A stretch of DNA of 64,000 bases, taken from assembly GCA_022487185.1 (NCBI GenBank), contig JAKVJE010000001.1, forward strand, positions 15,158 through 79,157, in the 5' to 3' direction. Shown here piece after piece: positions 27,846 through 46,393 of this stretch (within the stretch, counting starts at the first letter, position 1; every line of letters starts with the position of its first letter). The notes under the pieces were generated by a model. It saw nothing but the letters and a program-made list of their open reading frames with translations. It did no database searches and was not told where the DNA came from. Position numbers and translations under genes: made by a program. The stretch is from Microbacteriaceae bacterium. Its GTDB lineage: Bacteria > Actinomycetota > Actinomycetes > Actinomycetales > Microbacteriaceae.

Positions 27846-29152
27846 CGTGGCTGCTTCCCTCCCTTCCGCCGGTCCCCGGGGACGGTGCGGATGGGCAAGG
27901 TGATGGCCTGCGTGATGGTGCGCACGGCCCGGGGGAGGTGTTTGCTCCAGGCGAGGCCGACGACGAGGAGGGTCAGCAGGCACACGATGGTGCCCCCGAG
28001 GAACATCTGGGTGTATGTCGCGTACCGGTTGAGGAGGGCGAGGACCGCGGGGATGAAAAAGCCCAGGTAGGTGAGGGAGTAGTACACGGCGGTGAGGCCG
28101 GCCAGATCCTTGGGGCCTGCGATGCGCTGGACCTCCTGGAGGCCGGAGACCAGGAGAAGCCCGTAGGCGGCTCCGAGGAGTGCCGCGGCCACCAGCGAGA
28201 ACCAGAGGTTGAGCGTGGCCGCGGTGAGCGCGGCGGCTGCCAGGCCGATCAGGGTGACGCCGAGGGCCACCCCGGTGGCCCGGGCCGAACGAGGGCTGTC
28301 GAGCCGTTTGGCGAGTGGCTGAACTGCCACGCCGGCGCTGAGCGCGATGAGACAGAGCAGCGCAGAGAAGGCGATCTCGTAGCCGGGCAGGTCTGCGGAG
28401 ACGAGGTTCGGGATGATCGCGTAGGCACTCGCCGCGCAGCCGAAGACCCAGGGGGCCATGGGCAGGACCACGAACAGGAAGCGCTTGTGCATGGCCTTCG
28501 GCACTTTGAGTGCGCTGAGGAGCGGGGCGGTCGTCTGCTGCCGGCGGCGGGTCTCCGGGGCCGAGGCGTACATGGGGATCGCGAGCAGCACGATCAGGGC
28601 GATGTTGACCAGGTAGGGCAGGACGGCGCGCAGCGGGGCGGGGCCCCATTCGGCGAGGGCGCCTGCCACGGCGGCCCCCAGGCCGAACCCGACGGTCAGG
28701 GTGGTGGATGCGCGGCGGGCTCCCGCCCCGGACTCGGAGAGCTCTTTGATCCAGCTTGTCCCGACGGCCATGACGAGCCCCAGCGCCAGCCCAGAGAACA
28801 TGCGCCCGAGGAACAGGATGGCGGGGTTGTCCGCGCCCATGGCCAGTACCGCACTGCCCAGCACCCCGAAGACGGGGGCGGGGGCCATGAGGGGGCGTCG
28901 GCCGTACCGATCCGAGAGCGGACCGCCGATCAGGAGTGCGGGGATAATTCCCAGGACGTAGGCCCCCAGGAGCACGTTGACGATCTGGGCCGACCAGCCG
29001 CCGTTGAGCTGGTACATCTTCAGGAGCGGGGTGAACTCATTGCCGCCCCAGGCGACGGTGAAGAAGGTACCGGCCACGGCGAGCCAGGCATGCGGTCCGG
29101 GGGCCGGGTGAGGGATGGATGTGGGTTCGGGGTCAGACATGGTGTCGGACAT
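27842..29152 (-). CDS. MFS transporter (unknown substrate)
   Basis: 12 TM segments and the GGPLSDRYGRRP loop motif. ATG 29152 is preceded by GAGGCGGA. An alternative GTG at 29212 overlaps the gntR stop. Confidence 0.85.
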   Translation of the reverse strand: MSDTMSDPEPTSIPHPAPGPHAWLAVAGTFFTVAWGGNEFTPLLKMYQLNGGWSAQIVNVLLGAYVLGIIPALLIGGPLSDRYGRRPLMAPAPVFGVLGSAVLAMGADNPAILFLGRMFSGLALGLVMAVGTSWIKELSESGAGARRASTTLTVGFGLGAAVAGALAEWGPAPLRAVLPYLVNIALIVLLAIPMYASAPETRRRQQTTAPLLSALKVPKAMHKRFLFVVLPMAPWVFGCAASAYAIIPNLVSADLPGYEIAFSALLCLIALSAGVAVQPLAKRLDSPRSARATGVALGVTLIGLAAAALTAATLNLWFSLVAAALLGAAYGLLLVSGLQEVQRIAGPKDLAGLTAVYYSLTYLGFFIPAVLALLNRYATYTQMFLGGTIVCLLTLLVVGLAWSKHLPRAVRTITQAITLPIRTVPGDRRKGGKQPR

Positions 29153-29208
29153 TCCGCCTCTTCTTGCAATTCTCGTGCAGTCGACAGTACGCCCGATCCC
29201 CGTCCGGC

Positions 29209-29880
29209 TCACGGATGGTGGCTGGCGAGGAGATGCGGGTGCAGCAAATCAGCATAGGCCTGCGCATCGCAGCGGGCGATTGCCTCGATGAGTTTCTCGT
29301 GTTCTGCGATGACCTGGTTGGCCATGGCGGTGCGGCCCCAGACGGATGCGCTCGTCATTCGGCGGTGCCGTTCGGCGAGGGTGGCGTAAAAGCCGGACAG
29401 GAACGGGTTCCCCCCGGCTTCGACGACACGGTGATGAAAGCGCTGATCGGAGCGGGCATAGGCGGCGCCGTTGCGGTCCGCCAGCGCCTGCTGCTGCACG
29501 AGCAGGATGGCTCGAAGATCGGTGGTGAGGAGCTTGGCGGCCAGTGGGGAGCGGGTCGCGCGTGTGATGGCATGGTTCTCGAGAAGCTCTCGGGCCTCGA
29601 GGACGGAGAGCTTCTCATTGCGCCCGACGGGGACGACCATGGCCCCGCGCTTGGGATAGAGCTGAATCCAGCCCTCGGCCTGCAGACGCAACAGGGCTTC
29701 GCGGACAGGGGTGCGGGAGGTGTCGAGCTCCTGGGCGATCTCGCCCTCGCTGAACATGGTGTCGCTGGGCAGAGACCCGTTCAGGATGCGTTCTTTCACC
29801 AGCCGGTACGCTCGGTCCGACATAGACATCCGCGGGTGGGGTGTCGGCGTCTGGGGAGAGCTGGAGCGTGAAGGGCTCAT
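29209..29880 (-). CDS. GntR-family transcriptional regulator (FadR/FCD subfamily)
   Basis: Winged-helix region EIAQELDTSRTPVREALLRLQAEG followed by a helical FCD-type C-domain. Confidence 0.9.
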   Translation of the reverse strand: MSPSRSSSPQTPTPHPRMSMSDRAYRLVKERILNGSLPSDTMFSEGEIAQELDTSRTPVREALLRLQAEGWIQLYPKRGAMVVPVGRNEKLSVLEARELLENHAITRATRSPLAAKLLTTDLRAILLVQQQALADRNGAAYARSDQRFHHRVVEAGGNPFLSGFYATLAERHRRMTSASVWGRTAMANQVIAEHEKLIEAIARCDAQAYADLLHPHLLASHHP

Positions 29881-29910
29881 AGGTTCCTGCCTTTCCGTCG
29901 ATGTGACCGG

Positions 29911-29928
29911 TCGAGCGCCGATGCTCGA
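29911..29928. promoter_or_regulatory. inverted repeat TCGAGC-N6-GCTCGA upstream of gntR (possible autoregulatory operator)
   Basis: Perfect 6-6-6 inverted repeat lying 31-48 nt upstream of the gntR ATG. Confidence 0.2.
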
Positions 29929-29988
29929 TGGGGAACGGGTACGAGTCTAGGCGCCCTCACCGGTGTCGCGACCCGCCACGGCCGAGGG

Positions 29989-30017
29989 TGGACTTTTTGC
30001 CTCGGGTGGCATAGTAT
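29989..30017 (+). promoter_or_regulatory. candidate rpoB promoter (-35 TGGACT, 17-nt spacer, -10 TAGTAT)
   Basis: Hexamers at 29989-29994 and 30012-30017. Implies a leader of about 140 nt before TTG 30165. Confidence 0.4.
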
Positions 30018-30164
30018 CGGTGGTTGCGCTCCCAGAATTCTGTTTCCCTCATATAGCGGTGGGTGGATGTGCCGGTTTCCCGGCTGCATCCGTGACGCTC
30101 TGGCGGGTTCATGGACCACAATCGAGACACATGAAGAACCTTCGGGTTCCTGGAGGATACCGCA

Positions 30165-33665
<3,501 letters not shown>

Positions 33666-33711
33666 CCCCAGGCACCATCCACCCCACGACTGATCGAGAA
33701 AGTAGAGAGTT

Positions 33712-37584
<3,873 letters not shown>

Positions 37585-37602
37585 TCCCAGCCTGAGCTGT
37601 TT

Positions 37603-37645
37603 CGCAACGGGGGAGTGCCGTATTTCGCGGCACTCCCCCGTTGCG
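37603..37645 (+). terminator. 18-bp perfect stem-loop downstream of rpoC (terminator-like, no U-tract)
   Basis: CGCAACGGGGGAGTGCCG-TATTTCG-CGGCACTCCCCCGTTGCG, starting 19 nt after the rpoC stop. Confidence 0.55.
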
Positions 37646-37700
37646 GCGTTCCGGGGGTGGGGCCGGGTTCTACACTGGGTCGTCCGAATGAAGAAGTCCC

Positions 37701-39542
37701 ATGTCCCGTTCCCCCTCTGATCCCGCCAGCCGCGTCCACGCGCTCGATGGCCTGCGCGCGTTCGCCCTGTTTGCGGTGGTGATCTACCACGCCCAGGCTG
37801 CCTGGCTTCCCGGGGGGAACCTGGGGGTCGATGTCTTCTTCGTGCTGAGCGGATACCTGATCACCTCGATCCTGGTCTCGGAGCGGGAACGGACGGGCCG
37901 AATTGCGTTGGGGCGGTTCTGGATCCGGCGCCTGCGGCGTCTCTTCCCTGCCCTGTTTGCGATGCTGGTGGGGGTAACCGCCGCTCTGTGGGGGTTCTCC
38001 GCGGATCTCCGGGTCCATCTCGGCCGCCAGCTGTTCGGGGCGCTGACCTATACCACCAACTGGATTTCGATCGCGGTGCACGGCTCCTATTTCGATCAGA
38101 CGTCCCCGGCGGTGTTCGCGCACCTGTGGTCGCTGGCGGTCGAAGAGCAGTTCTACCTGGTCTGGCCGTTCCTGCTGTTCGGCCTCCTGCTGCTGCGCCG
38201 TCCGGACTGGCGCTCGGCGGCATCGATAGCGCTCGGGGTGCTCTCCGCGGCGGGGATGGCGGCGGGATATGTGCCCGGGACTGATGCGAGCCCGGTCTAC
38301 CTCAATACGCTGACCCATGGGTTCGGTTTGATGCTGGGTGCGGCCGGGGCCTTCTGGCGGCCGCTGGGCACCTCCACCCCGCTGCCCCTCGGGCGGAGGT
38401 GGCTGCAGGCCCTGTCAGTGCTCTCGGGGCTCGTCCTCCTCGTGGGGGTGTGGATGCTGGGATCCGGCAGTCCGGTCACCTACCGAGGGGGGATGTTCGG
38501 CTTCTGCGCGGTGGCGCTGGTCGTGGTGCTTGTCGCCACGGATCGGCGCAGCTGGCTGGGCCGGTTTCTCTCCCTCCGGCCCCTGGTGTGGATCGGGGAA
38601 CGCTCGTATGCGGGGTATCTCTGGCACTGGCCGCTCATCCTGATGGGACAGGCCGCGGCCGCTGCGGTCTGGCCGGGGAGCCTGGCGGCCGCCCTCCTGC
38701 TCGGGGGCGTCGTGCCGGTCGTCCTCACTGTGGTGCTCTCGGCTGCCAGCTCTCGGTGGATCGAGCGTCCGGTGGTGCGCGCCGGGTTCCTGTTCGCGCT
38801 GAGGCGCCTGCGGCGGTGGATGCGCCCGCGCGCCGCCCTGCGCTGGACGGTGACGGGAGCTGCCGCGGTGGTGACCGTGCTGATGTCGCTCTCGGTGGTG
38901 ACCGCTCCGGCCCAGAGCTCGGTGCAGCGCACGATCGAAGCGGGCGGACGCTATGTTCAGACGTCTCCCTCAGCGTCTTCCTCCGCCGCTGGAGCGACCG
39001 GGGGCGCCGCCTCGGTGGGGGGCGACGGGGCGGTGATGGTCAGCGGGGATCGGCTGCTTGCAGCGGGGGATTCGGTGATGCTCGCCTCAGCTCCGGCCCT
39101 GACGGCCCAGTTCCCCGGAATCCTGATCGATGCGGTGGTGGCGCGGCAGGCCGGCCCGACGCTCGACCGGGCGCAGGAGTGGCTGCGCCGTCAGCCGCGC
39201 CGTGCGGTCGTGGTGGTGCAGGTGGGGACGAATGGGACCGTCACTCGCTCGGAGCTCACCGGGTTTTTGCATGCAGCGGGGAGGCACCGCCGTGTGGTGC
39301 TAGTGACGCCGTGGGCTCCGCGGCCCTGGATCCCGGGGAATGTGGACCTCATCCGCACGGTGGCGGCCGGACGGTCCGGGGTGGCCGTGGCGGATTGGCG
39401 GGCCGTAGTCGAGGGGAGCCCGGGGCTGCTGGAGGGCGACCAAGTGCATCCGAATGCCGCCGGGCAGCAGGCCTATGCGGAGCTCATCGCGTCGACCCTC
39501 CGGCAGCTCCAGGTCACGGTGGGCGAGTCGGGGCGCTCCTGA
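37701..39542 (+). CDS. acyltransferase-3 (AT3) membrane domain fused to an SGNH hydrolase-like domain (OafA/YrhL-type O-acyltransferase)
   Basis: 613 aa. About 10 TM segments with a conserved His near the N-terminus (VVIYHAQ). The C-terminal domain carries GDS and DQVHP motifs. Confidence 0.88.
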   Translation: MSRSPSDPASRVHALDGLRAFALFAVVIYHAQAAWLPGGNLGVDVFFVLSGYLITSILVSERERTGRIALGRFWIRRLRRLFPALFAMLVGVTAALWGFSADLRVHLGRQLFGALTYTTNWISIAVHGSYFDQTSPAVFAHLWSLAVEEQFYLVWPFLLFGLLLLRRPDWRSAASIALGVLSAAGMAAGYVPGTDASPVYLNTLTHGFGLMLGAAGAFWRPLGTSTPLPLGRRWLQALSVLSGLVLLVGVWMLGSGSPVTYRGGMFGFCAVALVVVLVATDRRSWLGRFLSLRPLVWIGERSYAGYLWHWPLILMGQAAAAAVWPGSLAAALLLGGVVPVVLTVVLSAASSRWIERPVVRAGFLFALRRLRRWMRPRAALRWTVTGAAAVVTVLMSLSVVTAPAQSSVQRTIEAGGRYVQTSPSASSSAAGATGGAASVGGDGAVMVSGDRLLAAGDSVMLASAPALTAQFPGILIDAVVARQAGPTLDRAQEWLRRQPRRAVVVVQVGTNGTVTRSELTGFLHAAGRHRRVVLVTPWAPRPWIPGNVDLIRTVAAGRSGVAVADWRAVVEGSPGLLEGDQVHPNAAGQQAYAELIASTLRQLQVTVGESGRS

Positions 39543-39553
39543 CGCGGCAGGGT

Positions 39554-39582
39554 TTGACGGTAACCGGCTCAGTCGCTAAGCT
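39554..39582 (+). promoter_or_regulatory. candidate str-operon promoter (-35 TTGACG, 17-nt spacer, -10 TAAGCT)
   Basis: Hexamers at 39554-39559 and 39577-39582, about 140 nt upstream of rpsL. Confidence 0.5.
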
Positions 39583-39723
39583 AACTAGTCGGTGCGTCCT
39601 CGGATGCGCCGTGCTTTCCAATCGGTGGCAGGCGGAGCGTCCGTATCTATTATCCGGTTGGCTCAGATTTTCCGTGTCAGTGACGCGGTCGATGTCACAG
39701 ATAGAGCAACAAGGAGCGAAGCA

Positions 39724-40098
39724 GTGCCAACAATTCAGCAGTTGGTTCGCAAGGGCCGGCGGGCGAAGACCGTCAAGACGAAGGCCCCTGCCCTCAAGGC
39801 GAACCCGCAGCAGCGCGGTGTGTGCACCCGCGTGTACACCACCACCCCGAAGAAGCCGAATTCGGCACTGCGCAAGGTTGCTCGTGTGAAGCTCAGCAAC
39901 GGCATCGAGGTCACCGCCTACATCCCCGGTGAGGGGCACAACCTGCAGGAGCACTCGATGGTGCTCGTGCGCGGTGGGCGTGTCAAGGATCTCCCGGGCG
40001 TGCGCTACAAGATCGTGCGCGGCGCGCTCGATACCCAGTCCGTCAAGGACCGTCAGCAGGCTCGCAGCCGCTACGGTGCGAAGAAAGAGAAGAAGTAA
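39724..40098 (+). CDS. rpsL: 30S ribosomal protein S12
   Basis: GTG start. Starts [11 protein letters not shown] and contains the PNSALRK motif. 124 aa. Confidence 0.97.
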   Translation: MPTIQQLVRKGRRAKTVKTKAPALKANPQQRGVCTRVYTTTPKKPNSALRKVARVKLSNGIEVTAYIPGEGHNLQEHSMVLVRGGRVKDLPGVRYKIVRGALDTQSVKDRQQARSRYGAKKEKK

Positions 40099-40568
40099 TG
40101 CCGCGTAAAGGTCCAGCAGCCAAGCGGCCCGTCGTGGCCGATCCCGTGTACCACGCTCCGGTTGTCACGCAGCTCGTCAACAAGATCCTGCTCGATGGCA
40201 AGCGTGGCCTGGCCGAGCGCATCGTGTACGGGGCCCTCGAGGGCACCCGCGAGAAGACGGGCGAGGATCCGGTTGCCACGCTGAAGAAGGCGCTCGACAA
40301 CGTCCGGCCCACCCTTGAGGTCCGCTCCCGCCGTGTCGGCGGTTCGACGTACCAGGTTCCGGTCGAGGTCAAGCCCCACCGCGCCAACACGCTGGCTCTG
40401 CGCTGGTTGGTGACCTACGCCCGTCTGCGTCGCGAGAAGACCATGACCGAGCGCCTCACGAACGAGATTCTCGATGCCTCCAATGGCCTCGGGGCCGCGG
40501 TGAAGCGTCGCGAAGACACGCACAAGATGGCTGAGTCGAACAAGGCCTTCGCTCACTACCGCTGGTAG
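40098..40568 (+). CDS. rpsG: 30S ribosomal protein S7
   Basis: 156 aa. TAATG overlap with rpsL. Confidence 0.97.
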   Translation: MPRKGPAAKRPVVADPVYHAPVVTQLVNKILLDGKRGLAERIVYGALEGTREKTGEDPVATLKKALDNVRPTLEVRSRRVGGSTYQVPVEVKPHRANTLALRWLVTYARLRREKTMTERLTNEILDASNGLGAAVKRREDTHKMAESNKAFAHYRW

Positions 40569-40625
40569 TCGGACGCGCCGGGTTCGGCGCGAGCTCGAAC
40601 GCTTTATCTCTCTGGAAGGAACACA

Positions 40626-42728
40626 GTGGCACTCGAAGTGCTCACGGACCTCACGAAGGTTCGCAACATCGGCATCATGGCCCACATCGATGCGGGGAAG
40701 ACCACCGCTACCGAGCGCATCCTCTACTACACGGGCATTACCCACAAGATCGGTGAGACCCACGAGGGCGACTCGCAGATGGACTGGATGGCGCAGGAGA
40801 AAGAGCGCGGCATCACCATCACCTCGGCGGCGACGACGTGCTTCTGGAACAAGTACCAGATCAACATCATCGACACCCCCGGCCACGTGGACTTCACCTC
40901 TGAGGTCGAGCGTTCGCTGCGTGTCCTCGACGGCGGCGTGGTCGTCTTCGACGGCAAAGAGGGCGTGGAGCCCCAGTCCGAGACCGTGTGGCGTCAGGCC
41001 GACAAGTACAACGTCCCCCGGATCTGCTTCGTCAACAAGATGGACAAGCTGGGTGCCAACTTCGAGTACACCGTTCAGACGATCATCGATCGCCTGGGCG
41101 CAAAGCCGCTCGTGCTGCAGATTCCGATCGGTGCCGAGAACACCTTCGAGGGTGTCGTCGACATCATCGAGATGCGGGGTCTGACCTGGCGCGGCGATGT
41201 GGAGCTCGGCAAGCACTACGAGGAAGAGCCCATCCCGGACGATCTCAAGGACAAGGCCGAGGAGTACCACACCAAGCTGCTCGAGGCCGTCGCCGAATCC
41301 GACGATGCACTGCTTGAGAAGTACCTCGGTGGCGAGGAACTCACGGTCGATGAGATCAAGGGCGCCATCCGCAAGATGACGATCGCCGGCGAGGTCTACC
41401 CGGTTCTGGCCGGGTCGGCTTTCAAGAACAAGGGCATTCAGCCCTTGCTCGACGCCGTCGTTGACTACCTGCCGTCCCCTGAGGACGTCCCTCCGGTCGA
41501 GGGCACCCTGCCCAGCGACGAGACGGTTGAGCTGCACCGCGATGCGTCGATCGAGGAGCCGTTCAGCGCCCTGGCGTTCAAGGTCGTCACCCACCCGTTC
41601 TACGGGCGTCTGACCTACATCCGTGTCTACTCCGGTAAGGCGGTTCAGGGCGAGCACGTCCTGAACTCGACCAAGGGCCGCAAGGAGCGCATCGGCAAGC
41701 TGTTCCAGATGCACGCCAACAAGGAGAACCCGGTCGATGAGGTCATCGCCGGGCACATCTACGCCTGCATCGGACTGAAGGACACTACGACCGGGGACAC
41801 CCTGAGCGATATCAACGACCCGATCGTGCTCGAGTCGATCAGCTTCCCGGAGCCGGTCATCTCGATGGCCATCGAGCCGAAGACGAAGGGCGACCAGGAG
41901 AAGCTCTCCATCGCCATTCAGAAGCTTGCCGAAGAGGATCCGACCTTCCGCGTGGAGCATAACGCGGAGACCGGCCAGACCGAGATCTCCGGCATGGGTG
42001 AGCTCCAGCTCGACATCCTCGTCGACCGCATGCGCCGCGAGTTCAAGGTCGAGGCCAACGTGGGCGCTCCGCAGGTCGCCTACCGCGAGACCATCCGCAA
42101 GCCTGTCGATCACTACGAGTACACGCACAAGAAGCAGACCGGTGGTTCCGGTCAGTTCGCGCGTGTGATCATCAAGATCGAGCCCATGGAGGTCACTGAG
42201 GATACGACCTACGAGTTTGTGGACGCCGTGACCGGTGGCCGCGTGCCGCGCGAGTACATCCCATCGGTGGATGCGGGCATCCAGGCCGCCATGCAGACCG
42301 GCGTTCTCGCCGGCTATCCGGTGGTCGGGGTGCGGGCCACGCTGCTCGATGGTGCCTACCACGAGGTGGACTCCTCCGAGATGGCGTTCAAGATCGCCGG
42401 AACGATGGCATTCCGCGAGGCCGCACGTCAGGCCAAGCCGGTTCTGCTCGAGCCGATTATGGCCGTGGAGGTGCGTACGCCTGAGGAGTACATGGGCGAC
42501 GTCATGGGAGATATCAACTCCCGCCGCGGGCAGATCAAGCAGATGGGCGACGCCGGAAACGTCAAGGTCATCGATGCGAGTGTCCCGCTGTCTGAGATGT
42601 TCGGCTATGTTGGAGACCTGCGTTCCCGTACTCAGGGTCGCGCAGTCTTTACCATGCAGTTCGAAACCTACGCCGAGGTTCCCCGGAACGTCGCGGAGGA
42701 GATCATCTCGGGCGCCAAGGGCGCCTGA
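40626..42728 (+). CDS. fusA: elongation factor G
   Basis: 700 aa with AHIDAGKTT and DTPGHVDF GTPase motifs. Confidence 0.98.
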   Translation: MALEVLTDLTKVRNIGIMAHIDAGKTTATERILYYTGITHKIGETHEGDSQMDWMAQEKERGITITSAATTCFWNKYQINIIDTPGHVDFTSEVERSLRVLDGGVVVFDGKEGVEPQSETVWRQADKYNVPRICFVNKMDKLGANFEYTVQTIIDRLGAKPLVLQIPIGAENTFEGVVDIIEMRGLTWRGDVELGKHYEEEPIPDDLKDKAEEYHTKLLEAVAESDDALLEKYLGGEELTVDEIKGAIRKMTIAGEVYPVLAGSAFKNKGIQPLLDAVVDYLPSPEDVPPVEGTLPSDETVELHRDASIEEPFSALAFKVVTHPFYGRLTYIRVYSGKAVQGEHVLNSTKGRKERIGKLFQMHANKENPVDEVIAGHIYACIGLKDTTTGDTLSDINDPIVLESISFPEPVISMAIEPKTKGDQEKLSIAIQKLAEEDPTFRVEHNAETGQTEISGMGELQLDILVDRMRREFKVEANVGAPQVAYRETIRKPVDHYEYTHKKQTGGSGQFARVIIKIEPMEVTEDTTYEFVDAVTGGRVPREYIPSVDAGIQAAMQTGVLAGYPVVGVRATLLDGAYHEVDSSEMAFKIAGTMAFREAARQAKPVLLEPIMAVEVRTPEEYMGDVMGDINSRRGQIKQMGDAGNVKVIDASVPLSEMFGYVGDLRSRTQGRAVFTMQFETYAEVPRNVAEEIISGAKGA

Positions 42729-42858
42729 GAGACACAACAGCTTGGTGTCAGGTCGGGGTTCTCCCCGTGCCCGGCATCTATGATGAAAATACAGCAATAC
42801 GTAGCTTGAGCCGCATCCTGCGGCTCGGCGGCTACCTGAGCGTCCTGAGGAGGACACT

Positions 42859-44049
<1,191 letters not shown>

Positions 44050-44062
44050 GTTCTGCTTCGAC

Positions 44063-44101
44063 CACAGGCCCGGTCCCCATCCCCTGGGGGCCGGGCCTGT
44101 G
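44063..44101 (+). terminator. stem-loop terminator after tuf
   Basis: CACAGGCCCGG...CCGGGCCTGTG with an inner CCCC/GGGG extension, 14 nt after the stop. The T-tract is weak. Confidence 0.55.
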
Positions 44102-44184
44102 TCGTCTCCGCCTGAGCCCCGAGACTCGACACGCCCGGGTTGCACGATACCTGGGACTGTGCCAGACTTATTGAGTTCAAAATT

Positions 44185-44199
44185 TTACGCAGTGCGTAA
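44185..44199. promoter_or_regulatory. perfect 15-bp palindrome TTACGCAGTGCGTAA in the S10-operon control region
   Basis: 7-1-7 palindrome in the A/T-richer part of the tuf-rpsJ spacer, next to TTGAGT / TAATCA promoter-like hexamers. Confidence 0.3.
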
Positions 44200-44445
44200 T
44201 CACTGCCTGAGAGTGCTCAGTTTACTGGGCCGCGGGCAGAGAACAGGTGCCAAGTGCACCGAACAATCCAACGCTTCGTCAGCACCGGTGTTGTGCGTCT
44301 CGCAGAATATCGATGTTGGCAGTCCATGCCCCCGCATGGACATGCACAGCAGAACAGTGGTGCGTCGCGACGACAGTCGCGGAGTGTCTGAGGACCTTCG
44401 GGTCCGTAGGTGGCCTTCGGGCCGGTAGAGGAAAGCGAGTCAGCA

Positions 44446-44754
44446 ATGGCGGGACAGAAAATCCGCATTCGACTGAAGTCGTATGACCATGAGGTGATCG
44501 ATACCTCAGCGCGGAAGATCGTCGACACGGTCACACGGGCGGGCGCGACGGTCATAGGACCGGTGCCGCTGCCGACGGAGAAGAACGTGGTCTGCGTGAT
44601 CCGTTCCCCCCACAAGTACAAGGACAGCCGCGAGCACTTTGAGATGCGTACGCACAAGCGTCTGATCGACATCGTCGATCCCACGCCGAAGGCTGTTGAT
44701 TCCCTGATGCGTCTGGATCTCCCGGCCGACGTGAACATCGAGATCAAGCTCTAA
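44446..44754 (+). CDS. rpsJ: 30S ribosomal protein S10
   Basis: Starts [25 protein letters not shown] sequence. 102 aa. Confidence 0.97.
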   Translation: MAGQKIRIRLKSYDHEVIDTSARKIVDTVTRAGATVIGPVPLPTEKNVVCVIRSPHKYKDSREHFEMRTHKRLIDIVDPTPKAVDSLMRLDLPADVNIEIKL

Positions 44755-44762
44755 GGAACACC

Positions 44763-45416
44763 ATGGCGAACAACACGAACACCCGAAAGGGCCTGCTGGG
44801 CACCAAGCTCGGCATGACCCAGGTCTGGGACGCCGACAACAATGTCGTGCCCGTGACGGTCATCGCCGCTGAGCCGAATGTCGTCACCCAGATTCGCACC
44901 GCTGAGACGGATGGCTACACGGCCGTCCAGATTGCATACGGCAGCATCGATCCCCGCAAGGCCTCCAAGCCCGCGGCCGGTCACTTTGCCAAGGCCGGGG
45001 TCACCCCTCGCCGTCATCTGGCAGAGGTCCGCACCGATGACATCTCCGGCTACGAGGTCGGCCAGGAGCTTTCCGCCGAGGTCTTCGAGGCCGGCACCGT
45101 CGTCGACGTGACCGGTACCTCCAAGGGCAAGGGCTGGGCTGGTGTGATGAAGCGCTACAACTTCCGTGGCGACGATCATTCCCACGGTGCGCACCGCAAC
45201 CACCGCAAGCCAGGCTCCATCGGCGCCTGCGCGACCCCGGGCCGCGTCTTCAAGGGACAGCGCATGGCCGGCCGCATGGGCGGCGACCGCGTGACCGTCC
45301 AGAACCTGCACATCCAGGCTGTTGATGCCGAGAAGAACCTGCTGCTCGTCTCTGGGGCAATCCCGGGTCCGAAGGGGCAGCTCGTATTCGTGCGTACCGC
45401 TGTGAAGGGAGCCTGA
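44763..45416 (+). CDS. rplC: 50S ribosomal protein L3
   Basis: 217 aa. S10-operon order. Confidence 0.97.
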   Translation: MANNTNTRKGLLGTKLGMTQVWDADNNVVPVTVIAAEPNVVTQIRTAETDGYTAVQIAYGSIDPRKASKPAAGHFAKAGVTPRRHLAEVRTDDISGYEVGQELSAEVFEAGTVVDVTGTSKGKGWAGVMKRYNFRGDDHSHGAHRNHRKPGSIGACATPGRVFKGQRMAGRMGGDRVTVQNLHIQAVDAEKNLLLVSGAIPGPKGQLVFVRTAVKGA

Positions 45417-45417
45417 G

Positions 45418-46077
45418 ATGAGCGCCGCCACACTTGATGTCGTTGATTTCGAAGGGAATGTGACCGGTTCGGTCTCCCTGCCCCCCGAGATTTTCGACGT
45501 GGATGCCAACATTCCGCTGATGCACCAGGTCGTCGTCGCGCAGCTCGCCGCCGCACGGCAGGGCACCTCCAAGGTGAAGACCCGTGCCGAGGTCTCCGGC
45601 GCCGGGCGCAAGCCGTTCAAGCAGAAGGGCACCGGTCGGGCTCGTCAGGGTTCCATCCGCGCGCCGCAGATGCGTGGCGGTGGCACGGTCCACGGGCCGG
45701 TGCCGCGCAGCTATGCGCAGCGCACCCCGAAGAAGATGGTGGCCGCCGCACTGCGCGGGGCCCTGTCCGATCGGGCTCGCGCCAGCCGCATCCACGTCGC
45801 GACCGCCTTCAGCGCTGCTGAGGCCCCCTCGACCAAGAGCGCCGAGGCCCTGTTCACCGCCATCGCCCCCGGGCGGGGCGTGCTCGCCGTGGTGACGGCG
45901 GCCGATGTCACGGCGTCCAAGAGCGTCCGCAACCTGGCCACCGCACAGGTGATCGAGGTCGGGCAGCTCAATGCCTACGACGTGCTCGTCGCCGATGACG
46001 TGGTCTTCACCGCGGATGCATTCGATCAGTTCCTCACCGGCAACCTCGTTGTCGCCGAGGCAGCGGAAGGGGAGTGA
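45418..46077 (+). CDS. rplD: 50S ribosomal protein L4
   Basis: 219 aa with [12 protein letters not shown] motif. Confidence 0.97.
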   Translation: MSAATLDVVDFEGNVTGSVSLPPEIFDVDANIPLMHQVVVAQLAAARQGTSKVKTRAEVSGAGRKPFKQKGTGRARQGSIRAPQMRGGGTVHGPVPRSYAQRTPKKMVAAALRGALSDRARASRIHVATAFSAAEAPSTKSAEALFTAIAPGRGVLAVVTAADVTASKSVRNLATAQVIEVGQLNAYDVLVADDVVFTADAFDQFLTGNLVVAEAAEGE

Positions 46078-46081
46078 CACG

Positions 46082-46384
46082 ATGAGCAACGCATCGTACA
46101 AGGACCCACGGGACATCATCCTCGCTCCGGTTATCTCGGAGAAGAGCTATGCCCTGATGGATGAGGGAAAGTACACCTTCGAGGTAAGCACCCAGGCCAC
46201 CAAGACCGAGATCAAGATTGCCATTGAGCGCATCTTCGGTGTCAAGGTCACCTCGGTGAACACGCTGAACCGTGCGGGCAAGACCCGCCGTACCCGGTTC
46301 GGCACTGGCCAGCGCAAGAGCACGAAGCGTGCGATCGTCGCCGTCAACGGCGCGATCGACATCTTCCAGGGCGCGGGGAAGTAG
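46082..46384 (+). CDS. rplW: 50S ribosomal protein L23
   Basis: 100 aa starting at ATG 46082. The upstream part of ORF 45971 overlaps rplD. Confidence 0.95.
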   Translation: MSNASYKDPRDIILAPVISEKSYALMDEGKYTFEVSTQATKTEIKIAIERIFGVKVTSVNTLNRAGKTRRTRFGTGQRKSTKRAIVAVNGAIDIFQGAGK

Positions 46385-46393
46385 GGATCGAAC

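Noticed and set aside
27327-28649. 440-aa minus-strand ORF extending ybaK upstream through the MFS gene in another frame.
   Set aside because: The upstream 268 aa are Pro/Arg/Gly-rich shadow sequence overlapping a credible 12-TM MFS gene. The YbaK homology begins at MKKHSHG (ATG 27845).
44099-44486. ORFs of 109 aa (44099-44428) and 79 aa (44247-44486) within the tuf-rpsJ spacer, plus a 176-aa antisense ORF (44217-44747).
   Set aside because: None has an SD sequence, any recognisable motif or GC3-type codon bias. They overlap each other and rpsJ. The region is better explained as promoter plus structured leader.
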